NCBI GenBank assembly: GCA_038063555.1
Contig: JBBTUX010000018.1
Coordinates: 1-49,545, forward strand
Source: Patescibacteria group bacterium
GTDB taxonomy: Bacteria > Patescibacteriota > Minisyncoccia > Phycocordibacterales > JAKFXT01
Length of the DNA: 49,545 bases
Reading direction: 5' to 3'
Positions 9,726 to 18,778 of this stretch are shown here, piece by piece. The translations under genes and the position numbers were made by a program. How positions within the stretch are numbered: the stretch's first letter is position 1; every line of letters begins with the position of its first letter. Under the pieces are notes generated by a model. It worked only from the letters and a program-made list of their open reading frames with translations. It ran no database searches and had not been told where the DNA came from.

Positions 9726-9869
9726 ATCCATTGCAAACATTGTATCACGCTAAATTGGTCTCGTTAAAAATTTTAAAAAGAGGAAAAAATGGGGAAAAGA
9801 CAGAAAAACTTGTCAACTTTTAATTATTATTATATAAAACTATACAACGGTACAAATAGGGGATGTCGA

Positions 9870-10184
9870 ATGAACGATTCTCTCGTATTCCTAGTTGTTT
9901 CACTGGCAATTTTGGTGCCTCCGGGTATCGCCTGTGTAAATCTAGAAATTGCCAGAAGAAAGGAGAAAGTCATTGAGGAAAGGGGAGTTTTTATCGAGGT
10001 CCTGGGGCATATGGGTGGAGTTTTTCTTTCCACAGCCATTTCCCATCTTCGCGAAAAGGGAGTGACGGAGTCCAAAGAGAAAATTCTGCGAAGATACGAA
10101 ATTCTCCGCGAGGCCGGATACGTAGAAGGCGGCTCGAGTAACCTCAATGGAGTACACCTTTTCAAGGCAACGGGGAAGGAGTGA
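9870..10184 (+). CDS. Hypothetical membrane-anchored protein
   Basis: AGGGGA upstream of ATG; N-terminal hydrophobic helix; hairpin 10204-10224 follows. Confidence 0.55.
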   Translation: MNDSLVFLVVSLAILVPPGIACVNLEIARRKEKVIEERGVFIEVLGHMGGVFLSTAISHLREKGVTESKEKILRRYEILREAGYVEGGSSNLNGVHLFKATGKE

Positions 10185-10224
10185 AGCACAGTGTTTTTCT
10201 TGGTGCCGGCGCCTAGCGCCGGCA

Positions 10225-11610
10225 TTATTTTTTATAAACTTTAGGACCGCTTTCCAAATCTTCCACAATATATCCTAAATCGCCGATTTCTTGTCGCAAA
10301 ATATCCGCTTTGTCAAAGCGTTTATTTTTTCTAGCCACTTCTCTTTCAGCTACTAGATTTTTTATAATTATTGGAATTTCTTCAGTTTCTTTTTTAAGTA
10401 AAGTAATATTTTCCTTAATTCCTAATCCCAAAACTTCATCAAACTTCAAAGCGGTGGTTAATTTATTCTTTGAGTCAACATCAGATTTTAAAAGTTCGAA
10501 CAATACAGCAACGGCGCGAGGAGTATTCAAATCATCATTAATTGTTTCTTCAAATTTTTTAATCCACGAATTTTCCATATTGCCTCCACTTGAAAGTTCA
10601 GAAAGCATTCTATAAATTCCGTAAAGCGCTTCTTTTGCACCCGAAAGTGCTTCCAATGAAAAATTCATGGGGCTACGATAGTGACTTTGCAAAAGCAACA
10701 TACGATAGGCGATTGGCGAGTATCCTTTTTCAATTAAATCAATAAGGCGGGTGAAATTATTGGCGGACTTAGCCATTTTGTCTTCGTTTACAATGACAAA
10801 AGCATTATGCATCCAAAAATGGACAAAGGCCTTGCCTGTAGCATTTTCTGATTGGGCAATTTCATTATTGTGATGAATTGGTATATGGTCTATTCCGCCC
10901 GTATGAATATCAAAGGTCTCACCTAAATATTTCATACTCATGGCCGAACACTCTATGTGCCAGCCCGGGAATCCTTTGCCAAAAGTCGTGTCGTACCCCA
11001 TGTCGTTAAATTTCCAAAGCGCGAAGTCACGAAAATCCTTTTTCTCATCATTAACAACTATACGTGGTCGGGACTCGTCATTTTTGGCAATGTTTCCCAA
11101 TTTTCCATAATGAAAATCCTTGCTAGTGTCAAAATAAAGCCCATCTTTGGTTTTGTAAGTAAAACCCTTTTTTATTAGCGTTTCTATAAGTTCTTTATCT
11201 TCTTCTATATGGTCACTAGCAAAAGGGAACTCACTCGGTGTTTTTATATTTAAATATTTCAAATCTATTTTAAATTTTTCAAAATAAAAATCAGCCACTT
11301 CTCTCATTGCAGAAAGAGTGAAAGGTCTGCCCTCGCGCTTTAGGGCCTTGGTCATTTTATCTTCACCTTGATCGGCATCACTTGAAAGATGACCTATATC
11401 AGTGATGTTTATAATCTGCTTTACTTTGTAATTATGCCACTCGAATAAACGTCTTAATGTGTCAGCGAAAACATAAGATCGTAAATTACCTATATGGGCA
11501 TAGTCATAGACGGTGGGACCACAATGGTACATTGAAACTTTACCCTCTTCTATAGGGATAAATTTTTCTTTTTGTTTTGAAAGAGTATTGAAAAGAAATA
11601 TATCTTTCAT
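10225..11610 (-). CDS. cysS: Cysteine--tRNA ligase
   Basis: CGPTVYDYAHIGN, DFALWK, PGWHIECSAM, KMAKS. Confidence 0.97.
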   Translation of the reverse strand: MKDIFLFNTLSKQKEKFIPIEEGKVSMYHCGPTVYDYAHIGNLRSYVFADTLRRLFEWHNYKVKQIINITDIGHLSSDADQGEDKMTKALKREGRPFTLSAMREVADFYFEKFKIDLKYLNIKTPSEFPFASDHIEEDKELIETLIKKGFTYKTKDGLYFDTSKDFHYGKLGNIAKNDESRPRIVVNDEKKDFRDFALWKFNDMGYDTTFGKGFPGWHIECSAMSMKYLGETFDIHTGGIDHIPIHHNNEIAQSENATGKAFVHFWMHNAFVIVNEDKMAKSANNFTRLIDLIEKGYSPIAYRMLLLQSHYRSPMNFSLEALSGAKEALYGIYRMLSELSSGGNMENSWIKKFEETINDDLNTPRAVAVLFELLKSDVDSKNKLTTALKFDEVLGLGIKENITLLKKETEEIPIIIKNLVAEREVARKNKRFDKADILRQEIGDLGYIVEDLESGPKVYKK

Positions 11611-11664
11611 ATAAGGACAGGTTACAAGGTCTGGGGTTTAAGGTAAAGTAGCAAAGGAAATTCT

Positions 11665-12579
11665 TTAGAACCAGTTTTTATATTTGAAAAAAACAGCTAC
11701 GAACAAAGCTGTTATAGTCATTATGCCCATAACAATCCAAAAATCGTTTGCGGAACCGACAATTGGAATATAATTTGTATTCATTCCAAAAACTGTCGCC
11801 AAAAATGATATTGGCAAAATTATAAAAGATATAACAGCCAAGGTTTTCATTATCTCATTTTGTTTAGTGGAAAGGAGCGAATTGTTTGTTTCGCGCAATT
11901 CGTTTAAGGTGTCAGTGTTTGATTGAATGGCGCTTTGCACACGAGAGAAAGAACCCAGAATGCCTTTAACATGATAATCAAAATCGCGACCAAAAAACTT
12001 TATGGCGGCAAGCTCAAAAGAGCTCCAGACCTCATCGTGTAAATTCAAAGACTGCTTAAATTGCAATATTTCTCGAGAGACCTTGGAAAGTTCAAGAACC
12101 ATTAATTTTTCGTTTCCCAAAAAAATCCTATCCTCAATTATTTTCAGACGATCAGCCACAAAATCCAATTCATGAGTTAGAGATTTATATAACTTTCTGA
12201 TCATATAGTAGAAAATAAAACCAGCGCTATCACCCATATTGTCTCTGTCCAATATTGAATTAACTTCAAATATTTTTGAAAATTTGTGGATTGGGTCAAT
12301 AGCATCGTATCTTGTCGTAATGAGGAAATCGTGTCCAATAATAAAATCTATCTCTTGGTTGACGTTTTTGGTGTGACTATGATAAATGGCGGGGAAGTGC
12401 AGTATTAAATAAATATAATTTTTGCGAAAATCCACCTTCGGTTTCATTGAAGGTATAAGGAGTTCTTCTGCGATGAGAGGGTCTATTCCATATTTTTGCA
12501 TTAAGTCACGCACCTCTTCTTTTGTCGGGGAGATGGCGTCAATCCAGACCAAATTTTTGTGATTATATGTATTTATCAT
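11665..12579 (-). CDS. corA: CorA family Mg2+/Co2+ transporter
   Basis: Two C-terminal TMs with the FGMN motif. Confidence 0.9.
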   Translation of the reverse strand: MINTYNHKNLVWIDAISPTKEEVRDLMQKYGIDPLIAEELLIPSMKPKVDFRKNYIYLILHFPAIYHSHTKNVNQEIDFIIGHDFLITTRYDAIDPIHKFSKIFEVNSILDRDNMGDSAGFIFYYMIRKLYKSLTHELDFVADRLKIIEDRIFLGNEKLMVLELSKVSREILQFKQSLNLHDEVWSSFELAAIKFFGRDFDYHVKGILGSFSRVQSAIQSNTDTLNELRETNNSLLSTKQNEIMKTLAVISFIILPISFLATVFGMNTNYIPIVGSANDFWIVMGIMTITALFVAVFFKYKNWF

Positions 12580-12709
12580 TGAATATTATTCTATAACAGA
12601 TTTGTTTTTTAAGTGAGCTTTGTTAGGGTATAATTGGCAGCGAGGAAGAAAAGGAAGTCTGCTTATTTTTCGACCGAGCGAACCAAAGATATCTTAATAT
12701 AATTCAAAA

Positions 12710-13978
12710 ATGCGTTCTTGGAACAAATTTAAAGTTTATATTTTGCCTAGCCTTACCGCTGGCGTTCTTATGAGCGTTGTTTTTTCACTGGGGTTTTATG
12801 TTGGTAAAAAAGATGCTCCTACTATTCCGCTTCTTATTTCTACAAGCGCCAATAGTAACAATGTAGATTTAGAATCTTTTTGGAAAGTTTGGGGTATTTT
12901 ATCTGAAAAATTTGTTGGAGAAGGTAAACCAGAAGATGTGGAAAAAATTTATGGCGCTATAACTGGACTTACCGCTTCATACAAGGACCCTTACACCGTC
13001 TTTTTTCCACCGGAAGAATCCAAGGCCTTTAAAGAAGAAGTGGCGGGTGCTTTTGAAGGAGTGGGTATGGAAGTTGGTATTAAAGAAAATCAATTGGTGG
13101 TAGTTTCTCCCATTAAGGGGGCACCCGCAGAAAAAGCGGGGATACACGCCGGTGATAAAATTTTGAAAATTGATGGCAAAGACTCTATCGGTTTTGCAAT
13201 TGACCAGGCGGTGAAGCTTATTCGTGGCAAGAAAGGAACAGTTGTTGTTTTGACAATTTCTCGCGAAGGAAAAAAAGATAATTTGGAAATTAGCGTGATG
13301 AGAGATGTTATAAGTATCCCAACGGTTGATAATGAATTAAGAAAAGATGGGATTTATGTAATAAGATTATATAATTTTTCAGAAATTTCTTTTGGAAAGT
13401 TTAGAGAGGCGCTACGCGGTTTTGTCGATTCGGGGACTGATAAGTTGATTTTGGACTTGAGAAATAATCCGGGAGGATATTTGGAGTCAGCCGTTGATAT
13501 TGCCAGTTGGTTCTTATCACCCGGTAAAGTGGTAGTGAGGGAAGATTCAGGAGACGTGTCAAAAGAAAAAACATATAGAAGTAGCGGCTATAATGTTTTT
13601 AACGATAAATTGAAAATGTTGGTCTTAGTAAATGGCGGTTCAGCTTCGGCTTCAGAAATTTTGGCGGGTGCACTTCATGACCATGGTAAAGCTAGAATCA
13701 TAGGAGAAAAAACTTTTGGAAAAGGTTCTGTGCAAGAGTTGGTGCCAATTTCGGACAAAACTTCGCTAAAAGTGACCATTGCTCGTTGGCTTACGCCAAA
13801 CGGTGTCTCTATTTCAAAACAAGGAATAGTTCCAGACATTGAAATAAAGATGACACAAGACCAATATTTGAAAGAAGGTGACATACAAATGGAAAAGGCG
13901 GCTGAAATTTTGCGTAAAGAAAATGCCACAAGTTCTGGCGAATGGATTTTGAACCTTCCGCAAATAATAGTAAATTAA
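12710..13978 (+). CDS. ctpA: S41 family C-terminal processing protease (PDZ)
   Basis: DPYT, GVG, DLRNNPGG, SASASEI, GEKTFGKGSVQ. Confidence 0.93.
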   Translation: MRSWNKFKVYILPSLTAGVLMSVVFSLGFYVGKKDAPTIPLLISTSANSNNVDLESFWKVWGILSEKFVGEGKPEDVEKIYGAITGLTASYKDPYTVFFPPEESKAFKEEVAGAFEGVGMEVGIKENQLVVVSPIKGAPAEKAGIHAGDKILKIDGKDSIGFAIDQAVKLIRGKKGTVVVLTISREGKKDNLEISVMRDVISIPTVDNELRKDGIYVIRLYNFSEISFGKFREALRGFVDSGTDKLILDLRNNPGGYLESAVDIASWFLSPGKVVVREDSGDVSKEKTYRSSGYNVFNDKLKMLVLVNGGSASASEILAGALHDHGKARIIGEKTFGKGSVQELVPISDKTSLKVTIARWLTPNGVSISKQGIVPDIEIKMTQDQYLKEGDIQMEKAAEILRKENATSSGEWILNLPQIIVN

Positions 13979-13982
13979 AAAA

Positions 13983-14426
13983 ATGAAAGTTATTTTACTT
14001 AAAGATATTCCCAAATTAGGCAGAAAATATGACGTTAAAGAAGTGTCCTCTGGTCACGCTATTAATTTTTTAATTCCGCAAAAACTGGTTGAAACGGCAA
14101 CACCCGAAGCTATAGTTCGTGTTAAAGAGAAACAGGCGGAGCATTTGACTCACTTGAAAGTGCAGGAAGAATTATTAAATAGTAATTTTGAAACGCTCAA
14201 AGAAAAAACTATTATAATAAAAGGAAAAGTTAATGAAGAGGGACACCTTTACGCCAAAATTCATGCGAAAGAAATAATGGAGGCCCTTAAAACAGAGACA
14301 CGTTTAGAGTTGCCAGAGGGGTCTATCATTTTGGACGAACCCATAAAAGAAATAGGGGAGTATTTAATAAAAATCAAGATTAATAGAAAAGAGGGGGAAT
14401 TCAAATTAACAATAGAAAGGGAATAA
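13983..14426 (+). CDS. rplI: 50S ribosomal protein L9
   Basis: MKVILLKDIPKLGRKYDVKEVSSGHAINFLIP. Confidence 0.95.
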   Translation: MKVILLKDIPKLGRKYDVKEVSSGHAINFLIPQKLVETATPEAIVRVKEKQAEHLTHLKVQEELLNSNFETLKEKTIIIKGKVNEEGHLYAKIHAKEIMEALKTETRLELPEGSIILDEPIKEIGEYLIKIKINRKEGEFKLTIERE

Positions 14427-14447
14427 AAAAACTTCCATTTTGGAGGT

Positions 14448-14527
14448 TTTTTTTATTTCGGCTAGCGAGGAGCGAAGTGGAAAATTCTGATTTTACATTT
14501 CATCCGAGCGAAGACGAAACACAGGTT
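14448..14527 (+). repeat. Dispersed ~80-bp repeat, family C copy 2
   Basis: ttatttcggctagcgaggagcgaagtggaaaatt...atccgagcgaagacgaaacacaggtt matches 4128-4207 reverse complement. Confidence 0.85.
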
Positions 14528-14558
14528 CAATACCTCGTCGGTTTGTCGCGGGGAACTT

Positions 14559-14831
14559 TTATTTCACGTTTACCACTTTTTTGATTATTGTTTTTCCGTT
14601 GAAATGAGTTTTTCTTTTTGTGCCGTATGAAACGATACCGTCTTTAGAAGCAAATAGAGTGTGGTCTTTACCGACAGAAACATTGGTACCAGCCATTATG
14701 TGAGTGCCCCTTTGACGCACTATAACGTTACCGATTTTGGCCTTTTCGCCCGCATAAAGTTTAATACCCAAGTATTGGGCATTTGAATCTGATAGGTTTT
14801 TGGCGGAACCCCCCGCTTTTTTACTTGCCAT
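14559..14831 (-). CDS. rpmA: 50S ribosomal protein L27
   Basis: MASKKAGGS, IVRQRGT, GKDHTLFA. Confidence 0.97.
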   Translation of the reverse strand: MASKKAGGSAKNLSDSNAQYLGIKLYAGEKAKIGNVIVRQRGTHIMAGTNVSVGKDHTLFASKDGIVSYGTKRKTHFNGKTIIKKVVNVK

Positions 14832-14887
14832 GGTTTAAATATAAATTTTTGTCTCAATTTTAGCTTGAATAAAGTATAATTTGAGCA

Positions 14888-15247
14888 ATGAAAGAGATTC
14901 TAAGCCATATGAACCCAAAAGGCAAGGATGAGATTATATTGGCTGTAATCATTATTTTCCTTGGTTTAGGCAGTTTCGGTTTGGGACGACTTTCAGTAAA
15001 AGAGGAGCAAAAAGAGCCAGTTTTTATTACAGATTCGCTAAATTTATCAGACGAAGCTACTTCGTTTGCAAACTTTGGCGAAGCAGCGGGGGATAGGGTG
15101 GTGGGCTCAAAAAATGGGACTGTGTATCATTTGCCATGGTGCCCGGGCGCTTTAAAAATAAAGCCAGAAAATCTAATTACTTTTAAAAATGCCGAGGAAG
15201 CTGAAAAGGCCGGTTACACTAAAGCTTTTAATTGTAAAGGACTTTAA
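14888..15247 (+). CDS. Membrane-anchored protein with Ada metal-binding-like C-terminal domain
   Basis: TM then GSKNGTVYHLPWCPG..IKPENLITF..EEAEKAGY..C. Confidence 0.75.
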   Translation: MKEILSHMNPKGKDEIILAVIIIFLGLGSFGLGRLSVKEEQKEPVFITDSLNLSDEATSFANFGEAAGDRVVGSKNGTVYHLPWCPGALKIKPENLITFKNAEEAEKAGYTKAFNCKGL

Positions 15248-15288
15248 AAAAGCTTGAAGCTAAAAGCTTTAAGCTGTAAGCTAGTGCA

Positions 15289-15888
15289 ATGATTGCAATT
15301 GACATAGAAGCTTCAGGAACAAATCCGAATACACACTCCATTATAAGTATTGGCGCGGTTGATTTAAATGATAAAGATAAACGTTTTTATGGCGAATGTC
15401 GTATTTGGGATGGAGCGCATATTTCAGAAGAGGCCACAGCTATACATGGTCTTACTAATGAAGAAATAACTGATAGCAAAAAGCAAAGTGAAGGGGAATT
15501 GGTAGAAAAATTTATGCGTTGGATTGAAAGTTGCAATGATAGAACTTTGCTTGGACAAAATGTCTCTTTTGACAGAGATTTTTTAAAAGCGGCTTGCGCA
15601 AGAATAAATCTTGAATGTTCTTTGGCTCATAGAACTATTGACACTCACTCTCTTTGTTATATGCATATGGTTAAAAGGGGATTAACCCCACCTTTTGATG
15701 AAATAAAGCATCACTCTGCTTTAAATTTAGATAAGGTATTGATATATTGCAGTATTCCGGAAGAACCCAAACCGCATAACGCTTTGACAGGGGCGCTTTC
15801 GCATGCGGAAGTGGCTCACAGATTACTTTATGATAAAAAGTTTTTGCCAGAATTTGATAAATTTGATATACCTTGGTTTCAAAAGTAA
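15289..15888 (+). CDS. DEDDh 3'-5' exonuclease
   Basis: IDIEASG, GQNVSFD, PHNALTGA. Confidence 0.85.
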   Translation: MIAIDIEASGTNPNTHSIISIGAVDLNDKDKRFYGECRIWDGAHISEEATAIHGLTNEEITDSKKQSEGELVEKFMRWIESCNDRTLLGQNVSFDRDFLKAACARINLECSLAHRTIDTHSLCYMHMVKRGLTPPFDEIKHHSALNLDKVLIYCSIPEEPKPHNALTGALSHAEVAHRLLYDKKFLPEFDKFDIPWFQK

Positions 15889-15901
15889 TATAGAAAATCC
15901 C

Positions 15902-15972
15902 CGGGGTGTAGTATAACGGTAGTACGCAAGCATGGGGTGTTTGTAGTCCGAGTTCAATTCTCGGCACCCCGA
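15902..15972 (+). tRNA. tRNA-Pro (GGG)
   Basis: CGGGGTG acceptor stem, CAAGC-ATGGGGT-GTTTG anticodon arm, GTTCAATTC T-loop. Confidence 0.93.
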
Positions 15973-15979
15973 CTCCAGA

Positions 15980-16015
15980 AACCAAAAATCCGCTATCACT
16001 AGCGGATTTTTGGTT
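15980..16015. terminator. Bidirectional terminator hairpin
   Basis: aaccaaaaatccgcta-tcac-tagcggatttttggtt between convergent genes. Confidence 0.75.
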
Positions 16016-16034
16016 TGAAACCTATGACTTTAAG

Positions 16035-16484
16035 TTACACTCCCGATGGTCCTGTTTTGTTTTTGCACCAATATTCATCAATTGAGTATTTTCCAGCGCC
16101 CATTGTAAGTATGGCAAGAGAAGAAGCTAGGATAAGGAGTATAAATTCATATCCGCCGGCTGCCACACTGAAACCCTTACTTATATGAGCGGTAAATAAA
16201 GCTACAACTGCCACTACTGAAAGTAATTTTGAAGCCCAATGTGTACAAAGACCGAGTATTAGGGCGCCACCAGCTATCATTTCAACCCAAATTACGAGTG
16301 GAGCAAAAAATTCAGCGGCTGGAATACCAATGGAAGTAAAGAAACCAGCCACAGCAACATTTCCCATCACAAACTTCGCATAACCGTGATAAACAAAAAT
16401 AGAACCGAGCGCAAGACGCAGAAGCAATTTCCCAGCATCTTGCCAAGAATTTGAACATTTACAAGCATTTAATTTGTTGAACAT
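16035..16484 (-). CDS. DoxX family membrane protein
   Basis: LLLRLALG..F..HGYAK, E..GG, GGYEF, GAGKYSID. Confidence 0.9.
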   Translation of the reverse strand: MFNKLNACKCSNSWQDAGKLLLRLALGSIFVYHGYAKFVMGNVAVAGFFTSIGIPAAEFFAPLVIWVEMIAGGALILGLCTHWASKLLSVVAVVALFTAHISKGFSVAAGGYEFILLILASSLAILTMGAGKYSIDEYWCKNKTGPSGV

Positions 16485-16688
16485 GTATGTTTAAAAATTT
16501 TTAATGACTAAATTATCGCAAATTGAAGGGCAATAGGGAAGTGCTTACGGTAAATGGAAGTTTCGGGTTCAGTGTGGGCTATAACATTTGAAAAAATTGA
16601 AAGCTGTTGTAAGCTGAAAAATGGCAAACGATGGCTTTACAGAGCCGTTATTTAGGTATTGACCAAACGCAGAATTTATTGAGAAGTA

Positions 16689-16717
16689 TTGACAGAGGAA
16701 TGAAAATATGATAGTAT
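16689..16717 (+). promoter_or_regulatory. Sigma70-type promoter
   Basis: TTGACA-17 nt-TAGTAT with TG extended -10. Confidence 0.65.
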
Positions 16718-16855
16718 AGGGGGAAATCAGATAATCTCTGGTTTTTTCGTTTAAGGGCGAAAGTTTGGAACAAAACTTGTTTCAAAAAGAAATTTTTAAA
16801 CGACATTAAAAGTTAAATCACGACCATTATAGGTTTAGCCACAGGAATACTTTTT

Positions 16856-17323
16856 TTGATCTCGAACATTAACAAAGACAATAATCAGCCGGTAAGCGAA
16901 CAAACATCTCTCCCTAAGCAGGAAGAGATGATGCTAAATGAAAACGCTCGTAAAGAAAATAAAAAATACGTTTTCGTTGAAAAAGAAGTTCGCGCCTACT
17001 TCGAAGACATCCCAGAGATGATTGAAGTGGCGTATTGTGAGTCACGTTTCCGCCAAGCGGACACTCTTGGCAATATGTATCGCGGTGTTGTGAATAAAAA
17101 GGACATAGGTGTGATGCAAGTTAATGAACACTATCACCAGGTAGATTCAGAAGAACTCGGGTTTAACATCTATGACTTGAGGGGTAATATGGCATATGCC
17201 AGATATCTCTATGAGAAGGAAGGCCTACAGCCATGGAGCGCCTCTAAACCTTGTTGGGGACCAAAAATAGCCAAGTTAAAAGCTGAAACTAAATTGGCTC
17301 TAGCAAGTAAAAGATCAAAATAA
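16856..17323 (+). CDS. Lytic transglycosylase/lysozyme-like protein; true start uncertain
   Basis: VAYCESRFRQ, DIGVMQVN, GNMAYARYLYEKEGLQPW. Confidence 0.8.
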   Translation: MISNINKDNNQPVSEQTSLPKQEEMMLNENARKENKKYVFVEKEVRAYFEDIPEMIEVAYCESRFRQADTLGNMYRGVVNKKDIGVMQVNEHYHQVDSEELGFNIYDLRGNMAYARYLYEKEGLQPWSASKPCWGPKIAKLKAETKLALASKRSK

Positions 17324-17328
17324 AATCT

Positions 17329-17364
17329 CAAAACCCCTCTCCGCCTTAGGCGGAGAGGGGTTTT
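17329..17364 (+). terminator. Terminator hairpin with CCGCC-TTA-GGCGG core
   Basis: aaaacccctctccgcc-tta-ggcggagaggggtttt; core also at 3150-3162. Confidence 0.7.
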
Positions 17365-17388
17365 GATTTGTGGTAAAATTTACTATAT

Positions 17389-17850
17389 ATGGAGAAAAAT
17401 AGTAGATACGCGGACAATGAAAATAGGGTTGGGTTTTATCCGAGAGAATTTTATGTATTTTGTAATTTTTCTTCTTTTGCTGTGGAATGGAAAGGTGTGC
17501 TTTATATGACATCAGAACACGCTTATCACTCGGAAAAATTTGAGGATGAGGAAATGAAAAAGATGATACGCAATACTCGTTCGGCTCACGACGCACTTCA
17601 ATTCGCCAAAGCAAATAAGGATAGGTGGAGGAAGGATTGGCACGATGTAAAAGTGGGGATAATGGAGCAAATAGTGAGAGTTAAGTTATCACAGCATCCA
17701 TATATAATGAAAAAATTAAAAGAAAGTGGAAATAAAGAAATAGTAGAAGATTCTTGGCGTGATGATTTCTGGGGTTGGGGTGAAAATCACGATGGTCAAA
17801 ATATGATGGGAAAAATTTGGATGAAAATAAGGAAAGAAATTTATGAATAA
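17389..17850 (+). CDS. NADAR family protein (YbiA-like)
   Basis: FCNFS, TSEHAYHSEKF, RKDW..VK..IM, K.SQHP, DDFWG, GQNMMGKIWM. Confidence 0.9.
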   Translation: MEKNSRYADNENRVGFYPREFYVFCNFSSFAVEWKGVLYMTSEHAYHSEKFEDEEMKKMIRNTRSAHDALQFAKANKDRWRKDWHDVKVGIMEQIVRVKLSQHPYIMKKLKESGNKEIVEDSWRDDFWGWGENHDGQNMMGKIWMKIRKEIYE

Positions 17851-17856
17851 TAAAAT

Positions 17857-18510
17857 ATGAAAACGGTGCTTATAACTGGTGCAAGTAGAGGAATTGGTTT
17901 CGCTACAGCTAAGAAGTTTCTAGCTGAAGGTTGGCGGGTAATAGGCACAACCACTAAGAAAGGTCAGACTATTTTTGATAATGCCAATTTTAAACTAATA
18001 CATTTAGACTATTTAAAAGAAGAAACAATTTTGTCGGCAGTAAAAGAAATAGAAGAAGCAATAGATGTTCTTATTAATAATGCAGGAGCGCTTTTTGAAT
18101 CAGAAGATATTATTAAGGTAGATATGGAAATTTTAAGAAAGACACTAGAGGTAAATCTTATTGGTCAAATCTCTTTTACTGAAAAGATTTTACCTATGAT
18201 AAAAAATGGTGGTCAGATTATTAACGTAGGTTCAAGGTCGGCAATACTTAATGAAGAATTGGCTGAAATTGATGCACCAGCCTACAGAATTTCTAAAGTA
18301 GCTATTAATATGTACACGAAGCTTCTCGCCAAGCAATTGGAGAGTAGGGGAATCATTGTTTCCTCAATTGACCCCGGTTCGGTCAAAACCGATATGAATA
18401 CTCAAGCTAAAAAACTTCCTGAAGAAGTAGCGGAAGAAATGTATGCGTTAGCGACAACAAAACATGAATCTGGTCAGTTTTGGAAAAGTGGAAAAAAGAG
18501 AGGTTGGTAA
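17857..18510 (+). CDS. SDR family oxidoreductase
   Basis: TGASRGIG, NNAG, YRISK, PGSVKTDM. Confidence 0.9.
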   Translation: MKTVLITGASRGIGFATAKKFLAEGWRVIGTTTKKGQTIFDNANFKLIHLDYLKEETILSAVKEIEEAIDVLINNAGALFESEDIIKVDMEILRKTLEVNLIGQISFTEKILPMIKNGGQIINVGSRSAILNEELAEIDAPAYRISKVAINMYTKLLAKQLESRGIIVSSIDPGSVKTDMNTQAKKLPEEVAEEMYALATTKHESGQFWKSGKKRGW

Positions 18511-18778
18511 TGAAGGGGAGGGGCTTATTGGGCATAAGTCCCTTATAGAGCAACTTCGCACAATATATCTTTTGCGAAAATACCATAGGGGTGAAATATT
18601 CCCCTTTGTAACATCGCAAAAGATAACGCACATTTTACGTCCTCGCCCATTGGTCGCACCGCAAAATATGCTTGATATAAGAAAAGATAGTGTAGATATA
18701 TTCCCCGACATCGCACAATCTAGTTTAAATAATTAGAAAATAAATTCTATAAAAATCAGGGGAGTCACTTCCCTGATT

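Noticed and set aside
18448-18736. Overlapping short ORFs after the SDR gene
   Set aside because: Three conflicting frames with no motif or clear start signal
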